This document shows positions 41,154 through 53,016 of a stretch of 64,000 nucleotides of DNA, one piece after another. This DNA comes from the human T2T-CHM13v2.0 reference genome, Homo sapiens. How positions within the stretch are numbered: the first letter of the stretch is position 1; every line of letters begins with the position of its first letter. The notes under the pieces were generated by a model, which searched no databases, was not told the origin of the DNA, and saw only the letters and a list, made by a program, of their open reading frames with translations. The DNA lies in NCBI RefSeq assembly GCF_009914755.1, contig NC_060940.1; one strand, given 5' to 3'. The position numbers were made by a program, and so were the translations under genes.

Positions 41154-43163
41154 GGGAACTTTTAAATATGAACTCAATTTATTTTGCTTTTCTTTTCCAA
41201 GTTTCTTGAAGTGAGAGTTCAGATTAAGACTTTTCATATTTTCTAATGAGAGCACGTATAATTTTTCCCTCTAACTGCTTTAGTTGGGTTCCACAAATTT
41301 GATACATCTTATTTCATTGTCTTTCAGTTCACTGTATTTAAAAAATTTCTCTTGAGACTGCCTCTTTCAACTAGAATTATTTAGAAATGTGTTGGTTAGT
41401 TTTCAGGTGTTTGCAGATATTCCTATTATCTTTCTGTTATTGATTTCTATCTTGAATCCACTGTAGTCTGAGAACACACTCTGTATAATTTCCATTCTTT
41501 TAAATTTGTTAAGGTTTGTCTTACAGTCCAGGATGTGGCCTATCTTGTTGTATATGTTCTTTGGGCACTTGAAAAGGATACGTCTTCTACTGACGTTGGT
41601 GGGAGTGTTCTATAAATGTCAATTAAAATTCTGTTGGTTGATGATATTAGTTCTCTATCCTTGGTGATTTTTCTGTCTGGTTTTTCTATCAATTGTTGAC
41701 AGAGGGATGTTGAATTCAACTATCATTGAGGAAGTGTCTGTTTCTTCTTTCAACTCTATCACCTTTTGCTTTAAATATTTTGCAGCTCTATCGTTTTGTG
41801 CATACATTTTAATTTTTAGGTTTGCTATGTCTTCTTGGTGGACTGATCATCTTATCAATGTATAATGGTTCTCTCTGTCTCTGGTAATTTTCTTTCCTCT
41901 GAAGTCTATTTATCTGGTATTTATGTAGTCACTCACTTTCTTTGGATTAATGTTTATACAACATTTTTTTCATCTTGTTATTTTCTGCCTGCCAATATTA
42001 TTATATTTTTAAATGAGTTTCATGTAGATGATATATAGTTCAGTCATGCTTGTTCTAATGCTCTCTGATGACCTCTGTCTTTGTATTGGTGTATTTAGAC
42101 TATTTATACTTAATGTTATTGTTAACAGGCTAGGGTGTGGTGGAAGTGGCAGAATGGGTTCCCACATTATCTTTACTGAAGCTGCTGGGGGAGAGGGCAA
42201 CTAGTTAACACCCAACAGGGACGAAAGTCCCAACTCCCTACTCATTCTTCTCTGGCAATACTATCACAGAGGATGGAGGGAATGATGGCAATATGAGAGT
42301 GGAAATCTATATTCTCCTCTTGGGCTTTGATGGTTTTTTTCTGTGGTGTTTGGCTGGAGTCGAGTGGTTGTTTTCTGAGAGTTTCCATCTTTTTAGGCTG
42401 GATGTTTGTTGATCCTTTGGGTAGAAAAGGTAGGCTTTCATTGGGACTTTTAAAATCTTTCTGTGCCTGTTGACATTTCTGGTCTGCCAGCTCCTTGTGC
42501 AAGATATCCTAGTCTAGGATATATGTGACAAAAAGAAATCTCAAGTAACTTATGAGTGTGTCATTCCTTGGATCCCAAGGTCCCTAGCCAATCTGTCTGG
42601 TTATCTCAATCTCTTCTGTTTGTATATATAATCTTCAGAGTTATTAGGTATAATTAGGGGAAACAATAGGCAGAAGCATGTCTACTTCATCTTTACAGAA
42701 ACAGAAATCACTGATCATTTTTGGTTTCTTAATTCATGCTGACAATCTCTATCTTTTAATGAGTCTGCTTATGTGATATATATGTAATTATTGATGTATC
42801 AGGATTTGATTGTTCCATCTATTTACCATTCTACTGTTTGCCCTTTTCCCTTTTGGGTTGCCCAAACAATTTTTCATATGATAATTTATCTACTTCACCT
42901 TTTTACTGTATCAGTTTGTAATTTTTCTTATTGATTGCCCAAGAGATTATATAGCTCATTTGTCACAATCTACTTAAAACCAATACCTGACCACTTCAAT
43001 TGAAATGTAGGAAACTTACCCTTAGATTAGTCTCTTTACCCTCCCTTTACTTGTAGTTACCTTACATATTACATTTACATTCTTTCAAAACCCCCAAAAA
43101 TGCTATAACCTTTTTCAACCATCAAACACATTTTAGAGAATTCAAGCGAGTAACAGTCTATTA

Positions 43164-43386
43164 CAGGATTCAGCAAACTTTTTCTGCTAAGGGCCAGATA
43201 ATAAATATTTTAGGCTTTGCAGACCATACAGTGTCTGTCACAACTATTCAACTCTGTGCTTATAGAACGAAAACAGCCAAAACAACACATAGCCAAATGA
43301 GCATAACTGTGTTCCAATTAAATTATATTAATCAAAATAGATGGTAAGCTGAATTTGGTACATGGGCTATAGTTTGCTGACCGCTA
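43164..43386. mobile_element. MER58A
   Basis: caggattcagcaaactttttctg..aagggccagat...tagtttgctgaccgct. Confidence 0.85.
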
Positions 43387-43542
43387 GTGTATTATACTTA
43401 CATTTTTAGTTTCTTCTTCCTTCATTTCTAATGTTGTATGTTTCCCTCTCATATCATTTCACTTCTGTCTTAAGAACTTCATTTAATGTTTTTTTAAGTG
43501 CATGTTTGCTGGCACTAAATTTCCTTCATCTAAGAATGTCTT

Positions 43543-43954
<412 letters not shown>

Positions 43955-45879
43955 TTATGACCAGGAATCATGCCTGTATAAATCAAAATCATTTCTCTAT
44001 AAATAATACTTCATTTTTCTCTGACTGCTTTCAAACTTTTTCTTTATCTTCAGATTTTAGCATTTTGCTTATGATGTATTTGGATATAAATTCATTTTTG
44101 TTTATCCTCTTTGGGATTCACTGAGCTCCTTGAATCTATAGATTTGTATCTTTTAAGATACATTTTTAAAATTTAACTATTACCTATTCAAATGTTTTTC
44201 TGCACTACCCTATTTCTCTTCTCCCTCTGAGACACTGATGACAAATCTTAGATTTTGGAGATTTTTCACAGTTCCTTGAGGGTTTGCTTTTCCTCTCTTT
44301 TGCTCATATTGGATAGTTTCTTTTGATCTGTTTTCAAGCTTATTGACTCCTTCCTCTAACATCTCCAGTCTGCTGTTTAGCTCACCCAGTGAGGTTTTCG
44401 TTTGTTATTTTGTCAGTTCTAAAACCTCCATTTGCTCCTTCTTTACAACATATATTTACATCATCTATTTCCTACCTGAGATTTTCTATCTTTCCATTTG
44501 TTTCAAGAACGTTTGTCCTTACCTCCTGGACTACTTTGATTATAGTTATTTTAAAGTCTTGGCCAGATAATTCTAAAATCTGTGTCATCTCACATCACAA
44601 GAGAGTCTATTGATTCCCTTCTCTTAAAAAAGTTTTTTTCTGGACTTTTGTATATCAAGTGATTTGGGGTTGTATACTGAACACTTTGAATATTAGGTAA
44701 TGAAATGCTGAGTTTTATTTAAATCCCATAAAGAATGTTGGTATTTTTGTTTTTGCCAGAAATCAATCCAATTTGGTTCTGGCTCCAAGCTCTGACCAGC
44801 CTTCTGTGGCTTATGGTTTCAGTGTAGGTTCCACTTTCCAAGAATTTGAAGAAATATTGGATCTGATCCATGTTTATTCTACCCAGTCAGCAGTCTCGGA
44901 CTTGCACAGTGGTCTATACCACAGTTCTATTCTCAAAGTCTTTGATATATTGTCTGGGATCAGAAACACATATGCTCAGTCAGGGGTAAGTCTGGGAGTC
45001 CAAAAACAACTTCATGGGGTTGCCTTCCTGAGCAATTCCCTCACTGTGAATCCCCTGATAGTTTCAAATTCTCTGGGGCTTTTCTTGTTAATCCTCAGGC
45101 CAGAATGCTGAGACTTTACCCAACTTTGCCACATTCTGTAATCGTATCTGTGTCGAGGTCCAGTGGTAAGAGAACACAGAAAAAAACAGTGAAGTTTGCC
45201 ACACACTCTTGAAACCAATGCCCCTCTGCTCAGAGAATAAGGTCCCTGTATTAGTCTGGTTTGTGTTGCTATAAAGGAATACCTAAGATTGGGTAATTTT
45301 TAGGGCATAATTAGAGGGTGCCAGTGATATCAATAAGTATTTCCCATAACTGACCCAAAGTCATAGAATTGCAGTATTATAAAGTTTCAGAAAATCAATC
45401 ATTTTATTCTTATTAGGACAAAGACACCTCTAATTTCTTAATTATTATATATTCCAGTAATTAATTCTTTTATGGGATTAGTACTTTGGTATCTTGTTTA
45501 AGAAAGCTTTCCCTAGCCCAAGGTAATGAAGATGTTTCATTTATTTTCTCATGGATATCATACTGACACAGTGTCATATATTGAAAAAAACACGTTTCCC
45601 CCACTGGACTGCAGCGCCACTTTTGCTACACACCAAGCATCCATATAGGTATGCACAATTGAGAGACACAATTAAGAGAATAAAATGTAAGCCACAGAGT
45701 AGAACAGATTTGTAATAGATAGATATAGGTGTAGCTGTAGGTATTTATGTAAACGTAGACATATACATATAATCATCAAAAATCTTGTACCACAGGGCAC
45801 ACACACATGCACGCACACACACATACACACAAAATCCAAAAAATATAAGTCAATAATTATGTGGGGGAAAAAGTGATCA

Positions 45880-46630
45880 GTCTTATCCGTAATCAAGGAG
45901 ATGCAAATTAAAACCACATAAGACACTACTTTACATGTACCAAAATGGCTAAAATCTAAAAGCATGACAATATTAATTATTGGCAAGGCTGTAGACCAAA
46001 AGAAATTACCTTGCACTACAGTGTGAGGTACACTGGCACACTGGCACAACCACAGTGGAAAACAGTTTGACAGTGTGTGATAATGGATCATACTCTATGA
46101 CTCAGCAATTCCACTCCTGCATATATATATACATATATATATACCTGAAACAAACGCATGCCTATGTGCACCAAATGACATGTCAAAGAATGCTTTGGCA
46201 GCATTATTCATAATAGTCAAAACCTAGAACAACGAAAATATCTCTCAGCAGTAAAAGTATAAATAAATGTAGTGTTTTCTAAAAGTGAGCACTACACAGC
46301 AATAAAAATGAAGAAACCACAACTGCACACAACATAGATGACTATCATACACACAATGCTGAGTAAAATTGTGCCCAAAACAAAAGATTACCTACCAGGT
46401 AATTCCATTTATGTAATTTTAAATGAAGCAAACTAAATTATACTGTTAGAAGTCAGACAACTAAATTTGCAGGCAGAGTGGGAATAATGATTGGGACTGG
46501 CCAAGTAGAAGTTTCTTGGGTGTGAACAGTGTTCTATTTATTTTAACCTGGTTTGGGGGCTTAGGTGTTCACTTCATGGTAACTCACCCCCTGTACATTT
46601 GTTTTGTGCACCTTACTTTTTTATGTGTTA
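45880..46630 (+). mobile_element. Old L1M(E/B) 3' end
   Basis: atcaaggagatgcaaattaaaaccacataaga...ctcagcaattccactcctg...gcagcattattcataatag. Confidence 0.75.
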
Positions 46631-47019
46631 TACTTCCCAAAGTAATTTTGAAACTAAATAGATCAGAGACCTCAAGACTGGATTATCTGAGAAAAGGAGA
46701 GGTACATAAAGAGCATGACATTTTATTGCTCCCCTCAGGCCTTCCTTTCTTCTTCTTTGAACAAAGTTAATCGACCAGGAAATATTTACGGTTTACCCTC
46801 AACCATAAGATACTGAGAATACCTATGATGTGCAGTACACCAAGATGGGAACTGCTTGCTGGAGCTAGAAGTATAAAAATGGGAATTATGTTAAAATGGG
46901 ATTAGAGGTAGATGAAACAGATGAAAGTTCTAAATTAATAACAGGTTGTCTACAAAGAGAAAGGGAAAGATGTTCTTTAGTGACAACTTCAACAATATGA
47001 ATTACAGAAATTTTTCCTA

Positions 47020-47195
47020 GGGAGGGTAAGAAGGAAGAGAGGTTGAGGAGAGGATAGTGAAGAAGGGAGACAAGAAGGAAATGGGGGAAGGAAATGGGGA
47101 GGAAAGGTTAGAGAAAAGATGAGAAGGAGGGAGAGAGGAGGGAAGGAATGCAGGGAAGGAGGAAAGATGGACCAAAGAAAAGACAGAAGAAAGAA
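47020..47195. repeat. GA-rich low-complexity tract
   Basis: Purine-rich ggaagg/gagaagg sequence. Confidence 0.85.
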
Positions 47196-47649
47196 ACATG
47201 GTTAAATGATCCACACTGGTCACCTGGTATGAGCCAGACATTTCACCCACATAATATTTAAACCTCGCATCTCAACCTTCTAAGGTAGATACTATCTTTC
47301 TTACTTTATAAATGAAGAAGCTGATGCTGTTTTTTTTATTGAAGGAAATATGCCTAGAAATGTCAACCCCACATGCATACAACTCCAAATCCTGTGCTCT
47401 AGGAAAACACTTAATTTCAACAGGAAGGATTCCCTTATGGAAAGCAAATACTTCTATTACACTTAGGTCTTGAAAGGAGTCACCCCAGAGGGTGCCTTTG
47501 TCCTAAGAAGAAGAAAATGATTGATTTTCTGAAACTTAAAATCTATAATACTGCAATTCTATGACATTGGGTCAGTTTTAGGAAATACTTATTGATATTA
47601 CTGGTATCTTCTAATTATGCCCTAGTATTAAGGAGTATTTTATTTTATT

Positions 47650-47963
47650 ATTTTATTGTACTTTTTTTATTTGAGACAAGTCTCACTCTGTCACCCAGGC
47701 TAGTGAGAGTGGTGTAACTGTGGCTCACTGCAACCTCAAACTCCCAGCCTCAAGTGATCCTCTTGCCTCAGCCTCCCAAGTAGCTGGGAATACAGGCATG
47801 TACCACCACGCCCAGCCTTTTTTTTTTTTTTTTTTTTGATTTTTAGTAGAAATTATGTCTTGCTTTGTTGCCCAGGCTGTTCTCAAACTACCGGCCTTAA
47901 GCAATCCTCCTGCCTCAGCTCCCAAAACACTGGGGTTACAGATGAAAGCCACCATGCCTGGCC
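47650..47963 (-). mobile_element. AluJ with an expanded central T-run
   Basis: tgttgcccaggctg...aagcaatcctcctgcc; T~21 at 47818-47838. Confidence 0.9.
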
Positions 47964-49073
47964 TGTGAACATGTTAGAAGAATGTAGTGTCTATTTTCTG
48001 GAGGGAAACCAGTAGAATACCAGGAGAAGTTCTGGTAAGTGACAAACAATGCCTTACCTTATGAGAAAATGGGCACAAAATTTATTCTACGGCCCAGTTC
48101 ATAATATTTGCCAACTGCCAAGAATGCCAAAGATAGCTATATGGGTTGGTATAGAAAATACCAAAAAAAAAACTCAAGATCATTAAGTTATCTGGATTTC
48201 TTCAAGCTAACCAGAGAGCAGTAGCAAAGTATCAAACAGCAAGAGAGACTCCCAGAAGAAAATCATCTCCTTCTAACAAAATTATATGTGAAAAATAGTG
48301 GACTTGGTCTCTGCATGTATCACTTTTGGGGTTAAGTCAGAGTACTTGCAAAAAGTATTATTCACTAATATTTTCACTTACGTTCAAAGTTATTTAGCAC
48401 TTATTGTGAGTCAAAAAGAAAGGCCGAGGGGATGGGAGAAAGAGGAGAGGGTAAAAGGGGAATTCACATATTTTGGGGATGGAGTAGGAAACATGTAAGA
48501 CATTGCAAAGACACTTTATATAGCACAGCTCTGGATATTCATTACAGGTCCAAAAAAGGCATGAAAATTAAACCGAGCTACCTCCAAGGAATAATTAGAA
48601 GTGAAAAATTGATAAAGGGGAAATGGCTCAAGTTCTCCTCATTGATTTTCTGTGCACAGAGTCAAACTTGACTGTTGGTTGGAAGTCAGTTTGGCTACTT
48701 CTTATTTCTTTTTCAGCAGTTGGGTTCTCCCATCAGTGCGTTTTATGCTAGAATCGTTCTTTGCTCTAATTACAGCTGTCAGCTATTGAATGAGCTTGAC
48801 ATCCTGACTCCAGAAACAAGGAAATTCACACTCCATGCATATGCAGTTGGTTCCTTCATTAAAGCTGATTGACATATCAGACATGGTGCACTGTCACTGA
48901 TTTTTGTAAGAAAAACAAACGGCTACACAATCAAGTGGAATCTCCTTGATCAGAAACACCCAGAGAACCCAAGAATCAGTCTTCATTCAACTTAGCCAGT
49001 ATTTCTGTAAACACCTATTATTTGTATTACTGCAAAATGGTAGCTATAGTCAATCAGGTAAGAGCCAGATCTG

Positions 49074-49131
49074 TACACACATGCATGCATACACACACAA
49101 GCACACAAATGCACACGCACACGCACACACC
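49074..49131. repeat. Imperfect (CA)n / alternating purine-pyrimidine tract
   Basis: cacacatgcatgcatacacacac...gcacacgcacacgcacacac. Confidence 0.85.
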
Positions 49132-50429
49132 AGACTCAGACTCCTTCCCCACAGCTATAGCAGTCCTTTCCAAAGCAACTTTGTTGGAGTACCAGGTGTT
49201 GAGAGTCAAGCGGGATTCTTTGGCTAGTAATAGTGAACTGGCTGAGATATATAGATTTCTTGGAGGGAAAAAAAGGAGAGAACTACAGTGATCAGAATCA
49301 CCCACACCTCAACAAAAATTAGAGCAGAACTACAGTTTCTCAGAGTATTTCTGTAGTTAATATAATAAAATGACAGATGTGGAGTTGAAATGGATCATCG
49401 AGTCCAAGCCTGCCAATGAGTTCAAAACTGTCCCAGAGCACCCCTAACATGGACCATTCAGAATCCAGTTGACATTCCTAGCACGATGTATGCCTTGTTT
49501 AGTGTGAGACTACTTTCTGGAAATGGATGCACAAACAGAATCGGTATTACAGGAAGTTGTTATGGCATGATCCCTATGAAGATGCATTCCCAACTTACAG
49601 CTTGTATTTTGTAATCAATATTTGTCCTCCTCTAACCTCAGGAAGTCATAACACGACTCCAGCCATAAAATTTTCCTGCTGTGCTTCTTCGTACAATAGT
49701 GGCTCTTTTCCTCCTAGGCTATAAGGATATTATCAATGTCCCTCAAAAGGTCAAGTGACTTCTGATCATTCCTAACTGATCTTTAACGTGTTTCCTCCAA
49801 CAGTTCCTTAAACACCCAATGGAATGCTCTTCTATGGCAACGTATAGAACCTCCGGAACTACCATTTGCAATTTTTTAGTAACTCAGAACTGTTGATTTT
49901 TAAAATGGCAAAAATACAGATCCTAATGGATACTGACAACTAACAGAAATACTGACAAGTAGCAACTCTTCAATGGAGTTGAGAACAGGAAGAGGGTGCT
50001 ATAACTAGGTGAGAACATAAAATGTGCAACTGTGCTTACTCTACTGATCTTAGAGTAGACAGATAGAAAGTAATTTTTTTAAGTACATAAGGTTGTACTA
50101 TTTGATGCTCTGATATATTTTTCTTCAATATAAAAACTACTGGGAGGCGAGCGAACAGTATCTGCCCTGAACAGGGCAGTACTAATGGACGGTCACAGGC
50201 AGCTAAGACTATCACCAAACCCCTAGAGCAGCCCAACCCCGAAGTCAGATGGTCCTGTCCCCTCCTTACTTGCTCCAGGGCAAGTATCACACGTGGACAT
50301 TACTGCTTCCGGTACTGTTTCGTGCATTTTGTTTGGTGCATTTTGTCCGTCTCCCTGGCACCTGGTGGGTGGTGAATCAGCAGTTTTTGAACGAATAAGT
50401 GGTTATCACATTAATTCGTGCCTCAATGA

Positions 50430-50519
50430 ATGAATGAATGGACAAACACAGGCCGGGAGCCTGACCCACTTCCCTCTTCCCTCCCGGGACCCACTGCTCC
50501 AGGATTGGGCGAACCTCAG
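50430..50519 (+). CDS. DYNLRB2: Candidate alternative first coding exon of DYNLRB2 (MNEWTNTGREPDPLPSSLPGPTAPGLGEPQ), giving a 125-aa N-extended isoform
   Basis: 30 open codons end at a strong phase-0 donor CAG|gtgagc (50520), in frame with exon 2. Start-codon context is weak. Confidence 0.55.
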
Positions 50520-50657
50520 GTGAGCGCCTGCTCCCCTCTTCCGCGAACCTTCGCCTACGGCGGCCGGGAGGCATCAGGAGCGCGGTCAGGGCGAAAAAGC
50601 CGACTCGCGAGCGCGCAGGCGCAGCCCTGACGCTTCCGTGGGGCCACTTCCTTCTTT

Positions 50658-50670
50658 GTCTCCTAGCAAC
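50658..50670 (+). promoter_or_regulatory. RFX X-box
   Basis: GTCTCCTAGCAAC matches the X-box consensus GTYNCY(N)RGCAAC, typical of ciliary-gene promoters, ~70-85 nt upstream of the ATG. Confidence 0.75.
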
Positions 50671-50741
50671 GGCGGGTAGCGTTGTTGACATCCCGGGAGG
50701 CTGTGCCGCCGGCCTGAGCCCAGAGTTTCGCGGCCTCCGCG

Positions 50742-50744
50742 ATG
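50742..50744 (+). CDS. DYNLRB2: DYNLRB2 coding exon 1 (start codon only; the 5'UTR extends upstream into the CpG island)
   Basis: ccgcgATG|gtaaat: ATG with G at -3, followed directly by a GT donor (phase 0). Joining it to 52941 gives [10 protein letters not shown], the roadblock-2 N-terminus. Confidence 0.95.
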
Positions 50745-50989
50745 GTAAATCTGGGGTCTCCGTCCACGCCCCGCCGTTCCAAGCACGCCGACCGTCAAGG
50801 ACCTTCGCACCCAGCTTCTGGGGCCCACCCAGGCACGGGCGGTCCAGGGGCCGCGGCGGAGGCTGGTGGCTCCAGGATCTTCCTGGAGGGGCGAGAGGGA
50901 GACCTTGGAAAGGGGCAAGAAGATGTCTAGATGAGTGGAAGCTGTCTTGGGAATTGATTTCGCGGGGATGGTACATAAGGAGGGGTGAC

Positions 50990-51460
50990 GTTGAGAAAGG
51001 GAAGAGAGAGATTGAGAGGATGAAGAATGCTCAGGGGAGTGAGAAATCCGGGGAGCCAGGAAAGTTTCCAAAGAGGGCGCGGGAGGCCGAGATGGAGAGG
51101 AAAAAAAATCAGACCCTTAGAGAGAAGGAAGAGGTGGGACAGGGAAAGCAAGGGAATGGAAGGGTGAGAAGGGAAGATACTGAGAAAGAAGAAAGGGAAA
51201 TAAAGAAAAAGGAAAGAAGTGATGGGAAACCCGCCCCCCTCCCCCCCAGAAAAAGAGGTAAGAAAAAAAAAAGTAGAGACTGTGGAAAGCAAAGGGCGTT
51301 AAGAGAAGAATGAAACGGGGATTGGAGATGGGGATTAAGAAATTATACTAGGAGCACTTACAAATCATGAGAAGAGAAACAACTGGGTGGAGAAATGGAA
51401 AGGCCAGGGAAAGAAAAGAAAGGAGTTTGGGAGATAAGTAAAGGGAGAAAGATAAATAAG
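50990..51460. repeat. GA-rich low-complexity tract at the start of intron 1
   Basis: Strong purine bias on the + strand. Confidence 0.8.
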
Positions 51461-52504
51461 GACACAGTGGCTGTAAAAAGCTGTGGACATCGTCTTAAAG
51501 ATTGCCCAAAATGCAGTGAATTATTGATCCCCTGTTCAACGCTTACGGTTTAGTGTAGTGTTTCTCAAAGTCAGATGCAAACATTCGTTGCTACATAAGA
51601 TGGCCGAGAAATGCTAAATAAGAGTGAATCACATCGTGAGAAAGTTATTCCTCTTCCATTTTGTTCAACCTTCAGACTACATACAGGAGAAAATTTCTGT
51701 TGCTATTAGGTCCTTAATACCACTGTCATTTGGAAATTTCCATTTTTTCATCCGAAGAGCAGGCCTCAGGCTCAGAGCTTTCATTGCAGTAGAATTTAAT
51801 GATAGGCTCTCTCTTCATTTTGTTCATTTTGTTTGTTTTACAGTTATTTCTATTTATGAGGAATAACGTCAGGTTTCCATTTGTGGTAGTGACATACGAT
51901 TTCCTCTTAAAATGCATTTATTTAAGCTTTTAGCAGTGAGATAATTTAAAGAACACCTAGATAAATAGTATACATGGCATTCATAATGGCAAGAATCATG
52001 AATCTAGTACACAAATGCCTAAAGTCAAGAAAACCTTGGCTCTGATGCTGAAATAGAGAAAATCAGTGCTCCTGCCCATACCAAGTACAAAGGAAAACTA
52101 TCTTGAAGTAACAAAATGTTCACCTGTGCAATACTGAGGAAAAAAGAATATAGCAAACCCTCATCAAGAGAATTTGCAGAATTCAAAATATCCAGTGATT
52201 GCTCAGTCATGAAAAATTTGCAGGTTTGGAAAAGATCGTTCTTGTCTTTGAGTTTTCTACAGGGGAAGAAAACATACAATACACTCTACACATAAGATTC
52301 CGAATGAGTTTAAAACACAATAATAGATTCCAGAATAATCACTCATAGTTGAACATTCAGCTTGCACTGAGACGCAAGCTATAGTTATCAAGAAAATCCT
52401 ACAATCCTGGAATACTTTGTTTTTATAGACTATCCTTTAAATTTAATCATCCGAACTGATTAGGTCACATTAATGAAAATAAGATTTCTCAATAAGGACT
52501 ACTT

Positions 52505-52820
52505 TTAGACAGAGGGAGGCCATGATATAGCTCTATAAATATTTAAAGCACTGTAATGTAGAAAAGGAATTTTCATTTGAATACAGCAGGGTCAATGAAT
52601 GAAAGATAATCTGGGACAAATTTCCATGCAATGTAAAGAATACTTTTCTAGTAAATGGAAACAGATAAAAATGGAGTGAACTCCTGTGAGGCAGTAAGCT
52701 CTCTGTCTCTACAAGGGTTCAAGCCAAGAGATTCATCAGGATTGTATCCAGGAGGTCTTACGTAGGTATTTATGTGGGACTTGACAATTTCTAAGCTGTC
52801 TTTTAAAAATCTGAGATTAT
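52505..52820 (+). mobile_element. L3/CR1-like fragment in intron 1
   Basis: catgatatagctctataaatatttaaag...aatgtaaagaatacttttcta...aatggagtgaactcc..tgaggcagtaagctc...gttcaagc. Confidence 0.55.
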
Positions 52821-52940
52821 CACACCTGGCACCTTAGGTTAAGGAGATAGGAGAGTAGGTATCTTTCTAAACATTATTCTCCTTAGGGTTGAAGTTACCA
52901 CAGGGCCCTTTTGGTTAATTATCTTCCTGGTCTCTTTCAG

Positions 52941-53016
52941 GCAGAGGTGGAGGAAACCTTAAAGAGGATCCAGAGTCATAAAGGGGTTATTGGAACTATG
53001 GTTGTAAATGCAGAAG
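52941..53016 (+). CDS. DYNLRB2: DYNLRB2 coding exon 2 ([25 protein letters not shown]+G)
   Basis: Acceptor tctctttcag|GCA, donor GAAG|gtaaat, 76 nt. The peptide matches the roadblock/LC7 dynein light chain. Confidence 0.97.

Larger units (their letters stand above)
50450..50990. promoter_or_regulatory. CpG-island promoter of DYNLRB2
   Basis: The only GC- and CpG-dense segment outside young Alus. Surrounds exon 1 and holds NRF1-like GCGCAGGCGCA (50613-50623), palindromic CTCGCGAG (50604-50611), and ETS cores CTTCCG (50633) and CACTTCCT (50645). Confidence 0.9.

Noticed and set aside
50742-50930. 62-aa ORF from the DYNLRB2 ATG
   Set aside because: Simply reads through the exon-1 donor into intron 1; only relevant under intron retention.
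50377-51313. Overlapping 119-199-aa ORFs on both strands
   Set aside because: Expected from stop-poor GC-rich CpG island and GA-rich sequence; low-complexity translations.
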